From the sequence record OQ790161.1: a stretch of 64,000 nt of DNA; one strand, given 5' to 3'. Below, piece after piece: positions 29,749 through 40,023 of the stretch; position 1 is the stretch's first letter; each line of letters begins with the position of its first letter. The translations under genes and the position numbers were made by a program. The notes below the pieces were generated by a model that searched no databases, was not told where the DNA came from, and was given only the letters and a program-made list of their open reading frames with translations.

Positions 29749-31458
29749 ATGTCGAACACCGTGCTTCCCGCGACGGTCATCGTGGACCCCAACCGGGGCT
29801 ACCGCGAATGGCTGATCAGCGAAATCTACGCACCGGGTAATGCCTCCAGCCAAGGCCAGTACGTCCCCAACAAGGACGACTCGGTACGCGACTGGACTCT
29901 GGGCATCCTGCGTGTGGTCTCGGTGGATTACACCACCGGCATCTCCATCCTTCAGAAGTGGTCCGAACCCCGCGATCCGGGTGTGGTCACTGACGAAGAC
30001 ATCCTGCTGGGCGCAGGACCGGGCACCCAGTCCGAGTCCTACCGCACCTACCTGGATCAGTCGGTCTTCCCCCATACCCTGGCCTGCGATGCGCGCCTGC
30101 GCTTCTATGGCACCACCACCCATTCGATCAAGATCTTCCGCGGCGTTGACATCTCCAACAACGGCGAAGTGATCTCCCAGTACTATGACTCGGCCGGCAA
30201 CTTGCTGGGCGAGAACATTCCGCTGGAGCTGGTCAAGGAGTTCCGCGACGGGGTGGTCGTTCCGGGTGAAGCCATCACGCTGGCCAACAAGGCGATCAAG
30301 TCGCCGATGGTCGGTCACACCACGGCCAAGCTCACCGATTACGAAGTGGTCACCATCGTGGCCTACGACGTGGCCGGTCAGCCGGTCAGCCAAGCCAAGA
30401 CCCTGATCAAGAACACCGCCTTCGTGCGCCAGACCGATGCCTCGCTCAAGTACGTGGCCCACATCTCCGTGGAAACCCCGTTCCTGCTGGCCTCCGATCC
30501 GCACGTGATCGAATACCCGATCAACATGCCGGTGGACAACCTGAACCTGATGGGCCGGGTGACGTACTCGGACGGCTCCAGCTTGCTGATGCCGGTCGAT
30601 AGCACCAAGTTCACCATGGCCGGGCTGCGCAACTTCGTGGCGACGATCCAAGGCCAGACCGTGGACCTGATGCTGTCCTATCAGCTCAGCGACGGTGAGT
30701 CGGCCTACCTGCATTCGCCTTCGCCCAACGGCAAGATCAATGTGGCCTACCAGGCACGCACCAAGGAATCCGATGGCGCCTACTCCGTCAAGCTGTTTGC
30801 CTACCCGATCTGGGTGGACCAGCTCAACGGCTACCGCCTGGAGTACCTGCTGTACAACCTGGATCGCAAGCAGGTCTACCGCGTCACCAACCTGATCACT
30901 CAGGCTGCCAACTCCGCCCCGTTCGATCCGTTGCTGTACAACGTCAAGCAGCGCATCAACGTCGGTGTGAACATGAATCAGGTCGATCCGCTGTTCGACA
31001 ACTGGCGTCACACCCAGCTGTTCGAGATCACCCTGATCCGTCCGGGCAACCAGAACGTGGGCGACAACTGGACTGTGGGTTACACCGCAGGTCAGGATCC
31101 GGCCTACGGCATCAAGGTCAAGGCGCTGTCCACCTTCATCAACGTTGGCAACGCTACGCTGGACATCAGCTGCGGTGCCGAGACGCTGGAAGAGTGGCTC
31201 AACACGGTGTACTACCCGACCCAGCCGCTGTACGACGCCCGCACCGAAACCGGTCCGCTGGTGCCGAACTTCTTCGTGCTGGTCTCGGAGAACAACCGCA
31301 TCGAGCTGCCGATCGGCGACTGGAACAAGACCATCACGGTCGAGCGTACTCCGGCAGAAGGCAAGCTGGTGTACATCGAGTTCCTGCGCAAGATGGCAGA
31401 CAACGATCTGCAGTTGGCCGTGGCGGGTTTGATCACCCACCAAGTGCCGGCAACATAA
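29749..31458 (+). CDS. Virion structural protein (phiKZ gp26-like, 569 aa)
   Basis: TAGGA RBS; beta-rich sequence; synteny. Confidence 0.7.
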   Translation: MSNTVLPATVIVDPNRGYREWLISEIYAPGNASSQGQYVPNKDDSVRDWTLGILRVVSVDYTTGISILQKWSEPRDPGVVTDEDILLGAGPGTQSESYRTYLDQSVFPHTLACDARLRFYGTTTHSIKIFRGVDISNNGEVISQYYDSAGNLLGENIPLELVKEFRDGVVVPGEAITLANKAIKSPMVGHTTAKLTDYEVVTIVAYDVAGQPVSQAKTLIKNTAFVRQTDASLKYVAHISVETPFLLASDPHVIEYPINMPVDNLNLMGRVTYSDGSSLLMPVDSTKFTMAGLRNFVATIQGQTVDLMLSYQLSDGESAYLHSPSPNGKINVAYQARTKESDGAYSVKLFAYPIWVDQLNGYRLEYLLYNLDRKQVYRVTNLITQAANSAPFDPLLYNVKQRINVGVNMNQVDPLFDNWRHTQLFEITLIRPGNQNVGDNWTVGYTAGQDPAYGIKVKALSTFINVGNATLDISCGAETLEEWLNTVYYPTQPLYDARTETGPLVPNFFVLVSENNRIELPIGDWNKTITVERTPAEGKLVYIEFLRKMADNDLQLAVAGLITHQVPAT

Positions 31459-31465
31459 GCACCCG

Positions 31466-31505
31466 CCCAGTAGAGGAGCTTCGGCTTCTCTACTGGGTCT
31501 TATGG
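31466..31505 (+). terminator. Stem-loop, UUCG loop, TTATG tail
   Basis: CCCAGTAGAGGAGC-TTCG-GCTTCTCTACTGGG-TCTTATGG. Confidence 0.7.
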
Positions 31506-31583
31506 TGTCGATGTCTTTTAGTGATACTGTTCTGCTATGAGCCATGCTGCTGCTACTATATGTGAAGCCCTATTGGACCTATT

Positions 31584-32372
31584 ATGCAGTCAACCAAATT
31601 GGAATGGCGCGAGATCCCTGGAGTAGACAAAGCGTTTGTGGTAAGCAATGAAGGACGCGTCTACAACCGGGTGCGCCATCGGTTGATTCGCACTTACTTC
31701 AATCACAAAGAGTACGTCATGGTCAGTGTCAGGTCTGAGGATGGACGTCCTCTCACCTGCGCACTCCACCGACTGGTTGCCTTGGCGTTCTTGGAACGAC
31801 CTGAGCGCCATCGTGACAAGGACTACTCCGAACTTCAGGTCAGTCACCGAAACGGCAACAAGGTCGTTAACAGTGTCGACAACCTTGAGTGGGTCACGCC
31901 CACTGAGAACATGGCACTGGCTAGAGCATCGGGGTTCTTTGATAACGAACTGCCCGTACTGGCCAAACCCAACCGGGGGAAAATCAAACACTACCCCAGC
32001 GTTGCCGAATGTGCCCGTCAACACAACCTGCAACCCGTAGACCTGTGGCGACATCTCACCTCTCCCTACGCAGGGATGATCGAGGCTGACGATTGCCGCT
32101 ACAAACTTGACAATCAATCCCCATGGCCCAGTCAATGGACCGTACCTGATCCGTCCATTCGAATCGGTATGGCCTGTGACTGCGTGGGTGAGAACGTTGA
32201 GACCGGTCTCAAACTGATCTTCGTCTCGTTGGCACAAGCTGCCAACTATCTGTCCCTCCCACTGACGCCGCTTCGTCTATCTCGTTCGAGAAAAGGCTTT
32301 GACGTGCCCTTTAAGGGATGGATCTTCTACTCGCTGAGCGGACGACCGCTCAGCCGCAAACTCAAAGGGTGA
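31584..32372 (+). CDS. Free-standing NUMOD4-HNH homing endonuclease
   Basis: EWREIPG..SNEGRV (NUMOD4), HRLVALAF, VSHRNGNKVVNSVDNLEWVTPTENM (HNH); codon usage less GC-biased than neighbours. Confidence 0.88.
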   Translation: MQSTKLEWREIPGVDKAFVVSNEGRVYNRVRHRLIRTYFNHKEYVMVSVRSEDGRPLTCALHRLVALAFLERPERHRDKDYSELQVSHRNGNKVVNSVDNLEWVTPTENMALARASGFFDNELPVLAKPNRGKIKHYPSVAECARQHNLQPVDLWRHLTSPYAGMIEADDCRYKLDNQSPWPSQWTVPDPSIRIGMACDCVGENVETGLKLIFVSLAQAANYLSLPLTPLRLSRSRKGFDVPFKGWIFYSLSGRPLSRKLKG

Positions 32373-34630
32373 CCGTCATTATCCTCTACCTATCGGACTG
32401 GGACAATTTCCCCACTGCGATTGCCGATTTCAAAACGACCAACAAGTCGTTCCTTCGGCTGGCGCAGGTGTACGAGAAGATGGGCGTTCGTAACAACGCA
32501 TTCCATCTTTCCCTCCTCAACCCTGACCTGCAAGGTGTCAACCCCTTCGCAGATGACCTGACGATCGAGCAGAAGATCGCCATTGGTTTTGAGTGTGCTC
32601 AGAACCCGTGGTACTTCTTCCGTGAAGTGGTCCGTGTGCCGCCGCAGTCCGGTCCCAACCCGGTACAGCTGCGTGCCAACCGTGGTAACATCGCGTTGTT
32701 CTGGTCCTTCTTCAACCACATCGACGTTGCGTTGATCCAACCCCGTCAGACGGGCAAGTCCGTGTCAACCGACTGCTTGATGACCAACATCACCTACATG
32801 TCCACGGACAATACCACGGTGACGATGATCACCAAGGATAACGATCTGCGGCGTAAGAACGTGGAACGTCTGAAGAAGATCCGTGACCTGTTGCCGAACT
32901 ACCTGATCTCCATCAGCTCGGACGATGCCGACAACCAGATCGAGCTGACGTACAAGATTCGTAAGAACTCGTACATGACGGCAGTGGCGCAGAACAACGA
33001 AGCCGGTGCAAACAACGTCGGTCGTGGTCTGACCTCGCCCATCCTGCATTCGGACGAAGGCCCGTTCACCAGCTGGATCCAAGTCATTCTGCCGGCAGCA
33101 CTGGCAGCAGGTACCGCAGCTCGTAACGAAGCCCGTGCCAACGGACGCCCCTACGGTAACATCTTCACCACCACGGCGGGAAAGAAGGACACCAAGGAAG
33201 GCAAGTTCATGTACGACATGATCTTCGGCGGTGCCACCTGGGATGAGCGTCTGGCCTTTGACAGCGCCAACGAAAAGGAACTGCGTGAGCGCGTGCTGGC
33301 CAACTGCATGGGCGTGCCCGGACAGAAGGGTGCCAAGCGTGCACTGTTCAACATCACCCTGTCGCACAAGCAGCTGGGTGAAACCGACGAATGGTTGATG
33401 GACGCGATCTCCAACGTGGCCGGTGCTACCCCGGACATGATCGAGCGCGACTTCTTGAATCGTTGGACGGCCGGTTCGCTGCGCTCGCCGCTGTCGACCG
33501 AACTGAACGAACGCATCAAGGGCTCGGAGCGTAACGCCAACTACATGGAGTTCTCCACCGACAACTACTGCCTGAACTGGTACATCCCGGAACATGAAGT
33601 AGCTCGGCGCATGGCCGAAGGTCGCTTCGTGGCTGGACTGGATACCTCTGAAGCAGTGGGTCGCGATACCATCGCACTAGTGGTGGTGGACGTTGAAGAT
33701 CTCTCGGTGGTAGCCACCGGTACCTACAACGAAACCAACCTGATCCGCTTCTCCCATTACTTGGGCAGTCTGCTGATCAAGTACCCCACCATCACCTTGA
33801 TCCCCGAGCGCAAGTCCACCGGCGGTATGATCGTGGACTACCTGATCCTCCAGCTGATCAAGGCCGGACAGGATCCGTTCAAGCGTATCTTCAACCGCAT
33901 CGTGGAAGAGGCGCAGATCAAGAAGGAAGACTACCAGGAACTGCAACGCCCCTTGGCGGTGCGTACGGATAACTTCTACGACACGCGTAAGGCCAGCTTC
34001 GGCTTTGTCACCAATGCCGACAACCGGACCTTGCTGTACACCACCATTCTCCAGCAGGCTGCCAAGAACGGCGGTGCGGTGGTGCATAGTGAACGCCTGT
34101 CGACGGAGATCCGTAGTCTGGTCGTCAAGAACGATCGTATCGATCACTCCAGCTCCGGACACGATGACCACGTCATTGCCTGGCTGCTGGCACACTGGAT
34201 GCTGACCCAAGGTCGTAACCTGTCCCATTACGGTATCGACCACAGTCGCGTGATGTCCGGTGTGGCCCACTTCGCAGAACGTGAGGAAACCCCCGGTGAG
34301 GTCTACGCTCGTGAGCAGCAGAACCGTCTGTTGCGTGAGGCCAGTGACTTGCTTGATGGCCTGAGCCGTGAGCGGGATCCGTGGGTGTTGGCCAAGTTGG
34401 AAGGTCGCCTGCGGTCGCTGTCTGGTCGTCTGGTCGATGACGGGGATACCTCCTACGTACAGACCATCGATGCAGCGATCAACGAATCGCGCGATAACCG
34501 CGAGAAGCTCAAGCGTCTGCAATCGCGTGGGGGTTCGCAAGTGGGTGGGTACCGTCCGATGGATCGTGCTGTCACCTACGGCAACTACGCTCCGCAAGGT
34601 GGACCGGGTCATCTGTTCAGTTGGGCCTAA
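32369..34630 (+). CDS. terL: Terminase large subunit (phiKZ gp25-like)
   Basis: Walker A PRQTGKS, Walker B LHSDEG, TTTAG coupling motif, nuclease GLDTSEAVGRD and HDDHVIAW. Confidence 0.92.
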   Translation: MTVIILYLSDWDNFPTAIADFKTTNKSFLRLAQVYEKMGVRNNAFHLSLLNPDLQGVNPFADDLTIEQKIAIGFECAQNPWYFFREVVRVPPQSGPNPVQLRANRGNIALFWSFFNHIDVALIQPRQTGKSVSTDCLMTNITYMSTDNTTVTMITKDNDLRRKNVERLKKIRDLLPNYLISISSDDADNQIELTYKIRKNSYMTAVAQNNEAGANNVGRGLTSPILHSDEGPFTSWIQVILPAALAAGTAARNEARANGRPYGNIFTTTAGKKDTKEGKFMYDMIFGGATWDERLAFDSANEKELRERVLANCMGVPGQKGAKRALFNITLSHKQLGETDEWLMDAISNVAGATPDMIERDFLNRWTAGSLRSPLSTELNERIKGSERNANYMEFSTDNYCLNWYIPEHEVARRMAEGRFVAGLDTSEAVGRDTIALVVVDVEDLSVVATGTYNETNLIRFSHYLGSLLIKYPTITLIPERKSTGGMIVDYLILQLIKAGQDPFKRIFNRIVEEAQIKKEDYQELQRPLAVRTDNFYDTRKASFGFVTNADNRTLLYTTILQQAAKNGGAVVHSERLSTEIRSLVVKNDRIDHSSSGHDDHVIAWLLAHWMLTQGRNLSHYGIDHSRVMSGVAHFAEREETPGEVYAREQQNRLLREASDLLDGLSRERDPWVLAKLEGRLRSLSGRLVDDGDTSYVQTIDAAINESRDNREKLKRLQSRGGSQVGGYRPMDRAVTYGNYAPQGGPGHLFSWA

Positions 34631-34641
34631 AAGCAATAGGC

Positions 34642-34680
34642 AGCATAGACCCCCGCCCTTCGGGGCGGGGGCTTATGTCG
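34642..34680. terminator. Bidirectional terminator between convergent genes
   Basis: GCATAGACCCCCGCCC-TTCG-GGGCGGGGGCTTATGTCG. Confidence 0.75.
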
Positions 34681-34681
34681 G

Positions 34682-35032
34682 TTACAGAGCTGCGGCGAAC
34701 TGAACCTGCTTCAACTTCTCCATCGTGGCCATACGTGCCACTTCCAGAGAGACCATCTCCATCGAATGCTCCAGCGACAGGCGCAGGATCTTGGAGGTGG
34801 TGTACTTGCGACCGCCCTTGAGCTGCAAGGTCGCAGTCACGTCCCAACCTTCCACCACCTGGTCTTTCAGCCAGGGATAGAGGAACTTGCGACGGATGGT
34901 CACCGGGGCAACCGTCACGCGCACCTTCCGGAACTCCGGAGCGGTATTCTTGACCAACCGAATCACTTCGGTGGCTGCACCAAAGCTGGTGCGTACGCGG
35001 GAGGGACCTTCGAGAAGTTGATTGAGGTTCAT
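34682..35032 (-). CDS. Hypothetical protein (116 aa)
   Basis: ATG overlaps the stop of the upstream minus-strand gene. Confidence 0.65.
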   Translation of the reverse strand: MNLNQLLEGPSRVRTSFGAATEVIRLVKNTAPEFRKVRVTVAPVTIRRKFLYPWLKDQVVEGWDVTATLQLKGGRKYTTSKILRLSLEHSMEMVSLEVARMATMEKLKQVQFAAAL

Positions 35033-35430
35033 AGCTCGCACTTGATGGTCGGATAGAAAGGACCCATGCGATCCAAGAACGCATGCAATGCATACGTGTG
35101 TGGATGCTGGGTGTCACGAAGAAGGGAATTGCAGAGCAGCGGATAAACCACCGGCTCAAAGAGCCGTTGATCCAAAGTCACCCGAACATCCTCGGGTGCG
35201 AACGCCAAGACGCGATAGACCGTATGGGTGGTGGGCAACAGCCACCACCGACGGTAGTGAGTAGCGTAGGTGATCTGGGTCACCGTCACGCCAATCTCCA
35301 CATCTGCATCTGCGAGGGACGGTCGCAACGTCAGTTGACGATGCGCCACTTGTCCCAAGTATTCCACCGTGGTCCGATCTCCTACGATCCAATCTGCCAG
35401 CTCCCCGATTTTTTCCAGCAACCAGTCCAT
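35029..35430 (-). CDS. Hypothetical protein (133 aa)
   Basis: GGAGA RBS on the minus strand; MDWLLEK start. Confidence 0.6.
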   Translation of the reverse strand: MDWLLEKIGELADWIVGDRTTVEYLGQVAHRQLTLRPSLADADVEIGVTVTQITYATHYRRWWLLPTTHTVYRVLAFAPEDVRVTLDQRLFEPVVYPLLCNSLLRDTQHPHTYALHAFLDRMGPFYPTIKCEL

Positions 35431-35459
35431 GACAGGTCTCCGGTTAAGGGGAAGGAAGA

Positions 35460-36695
35460 TCACGTCGCTGCCGAGCCGCCGCCTTGGTAATACTGCATGG
35501 CCATGGCCCGCAGCACCAAGTACAACTGCACACCGGTGCGAACCGAGGCGATGACCGAATCGTTCTTGGTCTTGATCGCCTGGGTAACCACACGCTCAGA
35601 CAACTCTTTTGTCTTGAGCAGTGATTCATTGGACATGCGCGAAGCCATGTACATCGAGCGCAGCTTGGCGATCAGTGGAGTCAATCCACCGCGGGCGTTG
35701 TACAGCGATCGATCCGAGGAAATCAGATCGAAGGCGTAGATCAACGACTCATCAGCCAACTCGGTGATGTATTCATGGCGAGGGACCATCCGATTCCGGC
35801 TCATCCATTCCAGTGTTTCCACCAGGTGGCGAGGGTTCATCGTGTGCATGCCATCGGCGATCACATCCACCAGCTCATCGCGGATAAACGACTTGGGGTC
35901 GTCCATCACGCCATGCAGGTAGCGGATAAAGGTCGAGAACTGCTTGGTCCGGTCCTGAAGGACAACGGTACCATCAATCTCTCGCACACTCTTTTCGCTG
36001 TTGACACGCACGCCCTTGGCATGCAGATCATAGAAGACTTTGCTGATCGACTTGATCAGCTCCTTCAAGCGGTTCTGGATGTCGTTGATCATCTTGATCA
36101 CATCGTCATCCGAGCGCATCTCCATATACGCTCGCCGGTGCACGCTCCGAGTGGAGACCATGTCCTTGGCGCGCTTTTCGAGCAGGTCATACCAGCTCTT
36201 GGATGTCTTGATCAGGTACTTACGCGACATGGCTGCCAGCGTGGCCTGAGCGGTGCCCTGATCGGCAGGGTATTGCCAGAAGTTGTGCAGCAACGAGCCC
36301 ATGAGCTTGTACTGCATGATCTGGATCGTCAACGTGGCCCCTTCCTCTTTCAAGGCAGGTGACAAGTTGGAAGTCATGATCCGGTGGGTGAGCCAGATGC
36401 AGGACTGGTTGAAGGCGTCGTTGGCGCGGACCCAGGTTTGGTCGTGCGGCAACCGCTTGATCCCTTCTTCGATGAGCAGGTCATCGATTTCCAGAACTTC
36501 GGCGAACCACCTGTCTCGATCGGTGGGTCGGAAACGCATCGGATGCACGCCGGTGAGCTGACCGCCGAAGAAGGCGATGTGATCCTCGTTGCGATTGACG
36601 ATAGCGCGCTCGAACTCCCGGAGACGTTGGATCAACTTCACATCGACGACGAAGTCCGGAGACGCGTCGTTGAAGATAGACTTGAACGTTTCCAC
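35460..36695 (-). CDS. Conserved virion structural protein (phiKZ gp32-like, 411 aa)
   Basis: HIAFFGGQLTGVHPMRF motif; position next to the terminase block. Confidence 0.65.
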   Translation of the reverse strand: METFKSIFNDASPDFVVDVKLIQRLREFERAIVNRNEDHIAFFGGQLTGVHPMRFRPTDRDRWFAEVLEIDDLLIEEGIKRLPHDQTWVRANDAFNQSCIWLTHRIMTSNLSPALKEEGATLTIQIMQYKLMGSLLHNFWQYPADQGTAQATLAAMSRKYLIKTSKSWYDLLEKRAKDMVSTRSVHRRAYMEMRSDDDVIKMINDIQNRLKELIKSISKVFYDLHAKGVRVNSEKSVREIDGTVVLQDRTKQFSTFIRYLHGVMDDPKSFIRDELVDVIADGMHTMNPRHLVETLEWMSRNRMVPRHEYITELADESLIYAFDLISSDRSLYNARGGLTPLIAKLRSMYMASRMSNESLLKTKELSERVVTQAIKTKNDSVIASVRTGVQLYLVLRAMAMQYYQGGGSAAT

Positions 36696-37049
36696 GTGTA
36701 GCTCCAGTGGGGCTTGTATGTGTGACTATACAATGGAGCGGCAGGTGAGGTTTGAACATAAGGTCATGTCAACGAAGTATGAAATTACTGTGAAGATGAA
36801 GTTAAGTATTTCCTTACATCAAAGACTCTAAGTGTAGGACCCATTTTTACAGTAGTACTTTAGTACTACTATGTATTACTAATAGGGGAGGTCCATTTTG
36901 AGACGGCAGTCGAAAAATGAAACAGGGGTGGGAATTGAACACTCAGCCTTGGGGGCTGAGTTTTATGCCCTGTGTGAAATTAGCTGCGTGGGTTTTTGAG
37001 AACCCACTCCGCACTACCCTATGACTGAACTTCCTTCGGAGTCTTACCC
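36696..37049. promoter_or_regulatory. AT-rich divergent control region
   Basis: Visibly AT-rich; inverted repeat AGTAGTACT-TT-AGTACTACT (36851-36870) overlapping CTACTATG; hairpin plus TTTATGCC at 36941-36969. Confidence 0.55.
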
Positions 37050-37985
37050 ATGAGTCAGAACGCTAACCCGTCCACCATGCGGGTGGACGTGATCTGCACC
37101 CCTTCGCAACAGGTCGCGCTCGAAGCGCTCCTGGATACGGCAATCTTCCGTTTCCCCCATTCCAGCGTTTCGCTGGAAACCCAACAACTCGATGAAGTCC
37201 AGAAGCAGCGTGATCTGGCCGATCACCACGAGAACATCCGCAAACTGCTGAAGGCTGAAAAGCCCACCGGCGTTCCGCACCTGTTCGTTCTGGATCCCAA
37301 CCGTCTGGCCGACGGTGACCTGGAATCCCAAGCCACGCTGCAAGCGCTGGCCAATGCGCACTTCTCCAACTCCGAACGCGCAGCCGTTGCACTGCTGCCG
37401 CCTGCCATGGGTCTGACGACTGCCGGCGCTGGCGCGGTGAGCCTGCTCAAGGACGGCATCTTGGCCGACACCGGCGTGACCACGCTCGAGTCGATCGAAG
37501 CGATCCGCCTGCACTTCCTGGGACCGAATGGGTTGATCCCTTCGATGGAAGCGCACGTGGATCAGAAGTTCCTCGATACCCTGTTCTCCGAAAAGGGAAT
37601 TTCCCACAAGCCCTTCGATGAGCAAGACATCGAATTCATCGAGACGCACATGGGCCGGCAGCTTCCCTCGGCCCTGCGCAAGTTCTACGCCGACATCGGC
37701 AGCTTCCGCGCTGACAGCACCACGGTGTTTGCTGCGACCCCGGCCATGGAAGAAACCTCGAAGATGGCCCGCTCCAATCACCACCTGCCGCACACCTACT
37801 TCGTGTTCGGCCGTAAGGTGTTCAAGCAGGACATCGGACAGATCAAGGCCGGCGATGAGTTCATGCTCATCTGCGACCTGAAGACGGGCAAAGCCGGATA
37901 CCTGTCCTACAAGGTACCCTTCGTCACCACGCCCAGTAGCGCCCTGCTGGAGTTCATTGCCAGCCTGGTGCATTACAACGATTGA
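37050..37985 (+). CDS. Two-part protein with C-terminal SMI1/KNR4 (SUKH) domain (311 aa)
   Basis: FDEQDIEFIETHMGRQLPSALRKFYADIG fits the SMI1/KNR4 start motif; N-terminal half carries several xLE/SME motifs. Confidence 0.65.
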   Translation: MSQNANPSTMRVDVICTPSQQVALEALLDTAIFRFPHSSVSLETQQLDEVQKQRDLADHHENIRKLLKAEKPTGVPHLFVLDPNRLADGDLESQATLQALANAHFSNSERAAVALLPPAMGLTTAGAGAVSLLKDGILADTGVTTLESIEAIRLHFLGPNGLIPSMEAHVDQKFLDTLFSEKGISHKPFDEQDIEFIETHMGRQLPSALRKFYADIGSFRADSTTVFAATPAMEETSKMARSNHHLPHTYFVFGRKVFKQDIGQIKAGDEFMLICDLKTGKAGYLSYKVPFVTTPSSALLEFIASLVHYND

Positions 37986-37989
37986 CCCC

Positions 37990-38026
37990 CATAAAGCCCC
38001 TGCCTTCGGGCAGGGGTCTTATGCCG
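37990..38026 (+). terminator. GC stem, UUCG loop, flanked by CATAA/TTATGCCG
   Basis: CATAAAGCCCCTGCC-TTCG-GGCAGGGGTCTTATGCCG. Confidence 0.75.
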
Positions 38027-38234
38027 CCTTAAAAGTCGATTCAAAAGAACTTCAGTTACATACTACAACTACGACAGAGTACCTGTACTCGCTATCCTAC
38101 CGCTTCTATGGCGGGGGTCGGTAGTGCTCGTAAACGGATGCCCCTCCTGATACGAGGTGCGGACTACCCAAACCCCCGCCACCTTTTCCCATCGCACCGA
38201 AACGAATCGGTGTCTACTTCAAGGAGCTTCACCC

Positions 38235-38708
38235 ATGACTTACCACTCGCCACAGCAGATCGTTCTGAAAGATTCCAACAATCGTCCGGTCCTGTCGATC
38301 GAGGCCCGCATCAACGTCGTGTTCGGTGCCGCCCAGATCTCGGATGTGGATCGGCAGCATCTGTGGCGGTTTGTGGACTTGGCCTACCCGGACGCCCACT
38401 TCACCTTCCTGCCCGAACCGACGTTGGATGGTCGCGTCCAGATCTCCCTGCACTACGAGCTGGTCAAGAACAGCCAGTGGACTCGTCCGGATGATCGCAA
38501 TACCGGCGGTCAAGGTCTGCGCGTGCAGGTGAGCAACTACTCCGGTGAGTTCATGGACATCAAGGACGCCATCGCAGACTACCGCGGTCAAGGTCACTCG
38601 GGCACCTTCGAACGCTTCGAGAAACTGCTGGCACTGCTCGACCTGCCCAAGGGTCATGAGAACTTTGCGCTGGAACACTTCAGCAGCTACCTCTTCGGCA
38701 CCAACTGA
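38235..38708 (+). CDS. Hypothetical protein (157 aa)
   Basis: AAGGAG RBS. Confidence 0.7.
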   Translation: MTYHSPQQIVLKDSNNRPVLSIEARINVVFGAAQISDVDRQHLWRFVDLAYPDAHFTFLPEPTLDGRVQISLHYELVKNSQWTRPDDRNTGGQGLRVQVSNYSGEFMDIKDAIADYRGQGHSGTFERFEKLLALLDLPKGHENFALEHFSSYLFGTN

Positions 38709-38773
38709 TCCAAGTTTTACTCAACCGCCTTTCCCGTATACCACATCCCATCACTTTCAGAGGTAAACCTCCA

Positions 38774-39310
38774 ATGCAGACCCAGACCTTCAAGCAGACC
38801 GTCCGTCGTCATGTCCGTGGCTTCATCGGTTCGCTGTTCCGCAACAACTCCAATCCGGCCTGGCAGGGTCGTAACCACAACCACCTGGAAAGCGAGTACC
38901 GTCGCAAGCTGTCCTCGCCGCTGGCCGCTGCTTCCTTGCTGATCAGCTGGATCATGGCCGATGAGGATGCAGTCAAGATCCTGCAACAGAATCCGGCCGA
39001 CCAGCCGCAGCTGATGCGAGTGGCCGTGGTTGGCGATGAGATCCGCATCAACCTGTACCGCCTGGAGCTTTTCCCCGGCGGTCCGCTGACCCGTCCCTTC
39101 AACGACAACTGGGCCAAGGACGGGATCATCGACTTCACGATGGTGCTGCGCGATGGCAAGCAGCACTACCAGCATCTGCTCCATGACTTGCGTGCTGACC
39201 TGAGCTACGACGCCTTCGAACCTTACGCCTCCCTGACGCTGCCGCTGGTGGCCGAAGAGATGGATTCGATCAACGCAGTGACCACCCCGGCCTGGCGTCA
39301 GCTCTCCTAA
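38774..39310 (+). CDS. Hypothetical protein (178 aa)
   Basis: GAGGT RBS. Confidence 0.72.
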   Translation: MQTQTFKQTVRRHVRGFIGSLFRNNSNPAWQGRNHNHLESEYRRKLSSPLAAASLLISWIMADEDAVKILQQNPADQPQLMRVAVVGDEIRINLYRLELFPGGPLTRPFNDNWAKDGIIDFTMVLRDGKQHYQHLLHDLRADLSYDAFEPYASLTLPLVAEEMDSINAVTTPAWRQLS

Positions 39311-39371
39311 TCGGAGGGCAACGCCAATGCCACGTGCACCACCCCTTCTCAACTTCCCAATAGGTATTCTC

Positions 39372-39980
39372 ATGAACAGCAACTTCAAGCGTTACGCCCT
39401 GCTCGCCGTCCTGCTGGCCGTTGTGCCGGCCTGCCATTCCAAGAGTGGCACGGTGGACACCCATCCGATCCAGAAGGGCATCAACGATGCCACCGTCCAG
39501 AAGGCCCTGGAAGCGGAAAACCCGAACATGGCGTTCGTGGCACCGGCTGCCAAGCAGGTTGCCATGGCCACCACCCCCGCCGGCCTGGCCCAGGCCACCA
39601 ACCAGCAGGCCGTGCCGGCTGATGGTACCGAGTACCAAGTCGACCTGGTGGAAATGAAGCAAGCCCTGACCACCAAGGATCCGGGCCGCTTCGTCAGCCT
39701 GCCGACCAGCTTCAAGCTGGGCTACCCGGTCTTCGCCGCTACCTGCATCTTCAATCCGGGCGAAGCCGAGTGCACCCTGGCTGATGGTGAGGTGGTCGAT
39801 GAAGCCTACTTGGCTGCCCATACCACCGTGATCCGTAATATCGACGTGCTGGGCCTGACCTGTGGTCAGATCTGCGTGGACGAAGAAGGCAACGTGCTGG
39901 GCCATGTCTCCAAGGAGATGATGGCATGGCGCGACCGCAACTGCACCTGGGTGGATTACGGCACCCCCAAGTGTAAGTAA
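39372..39980 (+). CDS. Putative lipoprotein (202 aa)
   Basis: MNSNFKRYALLAVLLAVVPA-C signal with lipobox-like Cys; Cys-rich C-terminus. Confidence 0.6.
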   Translation: MNSNFKRYALLAVLLAVVPACHSKSGTVDTHPIQKGINDATVQKALEAENPNMAFVAPAAKQVAMATTPAGLAQATNQQAVPADGTEYQVDLVEMKQALTTKDPGRFVSLPTSFKLGYPVFAATCIFNPGEAECTLADGEVVDEAYLAAHTTVIRNIDVLGLTCGQICVDEEGNVLGHVSKEMMAWRDRNCTWVDYGTPKCK

Positions 39981-40023
39981 GCAACACCCCGCCGCACACA
40001 CCTCAGGAAAATAAGAAAAGACC

